Below are positions 63,137 to 64,000 of a stretch of DNA of 64,000 nucleotides, piece after piece. The notes below the pieces were generated by a model. The model worked only from the letters and a program-made list of their open reading frames with translations. It did not search any database and had not been told where the DNA came from. This stretch comes from a virus: IMG/VR virus record IMGVR_UViG_3300029305_006219. One strand, 5' to 3'. Numbering within the stretch: the stretch's first letter is position 1; each line of letters opens with the position of its first letter. The position numbers and the translations under genes are program-made.

Positions 63137-63856
63137 ATGGAAAAATTAAAATAGATGAAAGAGGCGCTCGTCGGTTGTGTTCAAGGCCAGGTCTATGGCA
63201 ACATGGAGAAGGTCGACGCTCAAGAGCTTGGCGCCGCCATTGATATGATTAAGGATCTTAGTGAAGCTATCTATTATTGTACAATTACTGAGGCTATGGA
63301 GGAAGAAGGCGAAGATAAAGAAGGTAAAGGCAAGCACGGAATGATGTATTATTCTCGTACAACTCCTATGTATCATATGCCTTATCCTGTTGAGATGTAT
63401 GACCCTCGCAATAGAGAAAGATATTATTCACCAATGTATGCGCAAAGTGGCGAAAATAGTGGTGGCTATTCTAGCTCGTCTAATGGCAATAGTTCGAACT
63501 CCTCAGGTGGTAATGATGCGCGCGGAGGCGGCACTCGTGGCTACCATGAGGGAATGATTCCAGGTGAACATTATCCAATGTATAACGATGGTATGTATTC
63601 AATGTACGAACGCGGCGGTAATCGAGGATATATGGAAGCTATGAGTCGTGACCCTAAAGAAGGAAGAAGCGGCGAACGCCGCAAGATGTATATGGACGGT
63701 AAAGGTATGAAAGATAAAGCTCATCAAATGAAAGAGCTTGAATCTTATATGCAAGAACTTTCCAGTGATCTCACAGAGATGATTCAAGACGCATCTCCTG
63801 AAGAAAAACAACTTCTACAACAAAAGATAAGCATGCTCGCTACTAAAATTAAATAA
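63137..63856 (+). CDS. Tyr/Met/Gly-rich low-complexity protein (about 239 aa, 1 in-frame TAG near the N-terminus)
   Basis: RBS gggtgg plus ATG at 63137, in frame with track ORF 63155..63856. Repeats MYxxMY, GYSSSSNGNSS and GGNRGYMEAM are present. Confidence 0.45.
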
Positions 63857-64000
63857 TGTTTACCATTAATGGAGAACAATGGTGGATTGTTTTAGTTATG
63901 CCATACGACGTTGCGCTTTTAATGCCTGACGGTAACTTTGCTATTGGGGCGTGTAATGATGCAACTAAAACTATCTATATTAGTAACGAACTTTATGGTG
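63856..64000 (+). CDS. partial ORF (5' end only) running off the window
   Basis: ATG at 63856 overlaps the previous stop. The frame is open to the end of the window. Confidence 0.3.
   Translation, partial: MFTINGEQWWIVLVMPYDVALLMPDGNFAIGACNDATKTIYISNELYG

Noticed and set aside
20227-63856. Reading the many same-frame ORF pieces as pseudogenes, frameshifts or a degraded prophage
   Set aside because: The interruptions are exclusively TAG, always in frame and never TAA/TGA. Conserved motifs continue across them. Neighbouring high-expression genes are intact.
20227-63856. TGA reassignment (code 4) instead of TAG
   Set aside because: TGA terminates terL, the DUF559 endonuclease gene, genes 52100..52987 and 56147..57502, and several others, right where homologs would end. 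The in-frame interruptions are TAG only.

Overview
This 64-kb window reads as one contiguous, low-GC tailed-phage (or prophage) genome segment. Its expression signals look Firmicutes-like: AGGAGG-type ribosome-binding sites (RBS) and consensus sigma-70 promoters of the form TTGACA-N17-TATAAT. Four modules are visible. (1) Positions 300 to 3500 and 8650 to 19830 form a leftward (minus-strand) early region. It holds many short genes in the standard genetic code, each behind its own consensus promoter and separated by intrinsic terminators. The genes include three paralogous small proteins, a DnaQ-like DEDDh 3'-5' exonuclease, an NT5C-like HAD nucleotidase, a nucleoside 2-deoxyribosyltransferase-like protein and many small zinc-ribbon proteins. 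(2) Positions 3575 to 7780 carry a rightward regulatory/replication module with HTH regulators, a small GIY-YIG nuclease and iteron-like repeats. (3) Positions 20168 to about 59800 carry a rightward late module. Its order is small/large terminase, portal, scaffold, major capsid, tail tube, chaperone, a roughly 3140-aa tape measure protein, a roughly 1650-aa tail fibre with a C-terminal S74 chaperone domain, and further tail/fibre proteins. (4) Positions 60700 to 63860 hold a cluster of small Gly/Tyr/Cys-rich proteins that resemble spore-surface proteins, plus a GIY-YIG homing endonuclease. The main finding is that nearly all long plus-strand genes are interrupted only by in-frame TAG codons. 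TAA and TGA never interrupt them and are the real stops. The provided ORF track therefore splits single genes into many same-frame pieces. The minus-strand early genes are free of in-frame TAG (one of them ends on TAG). A tRNA with CTA in its anticodon loop lies in the early region behind tandem consensus promoters. Together this points to TAG being reassigned to sense (glutamine is most likely, by analogy) for the regulatory and late genes, with a phage-encoded suppressor tRNA. All coordinates for TAG-read-through genes were derived by hand from the sequence and should be re-derived computationally.
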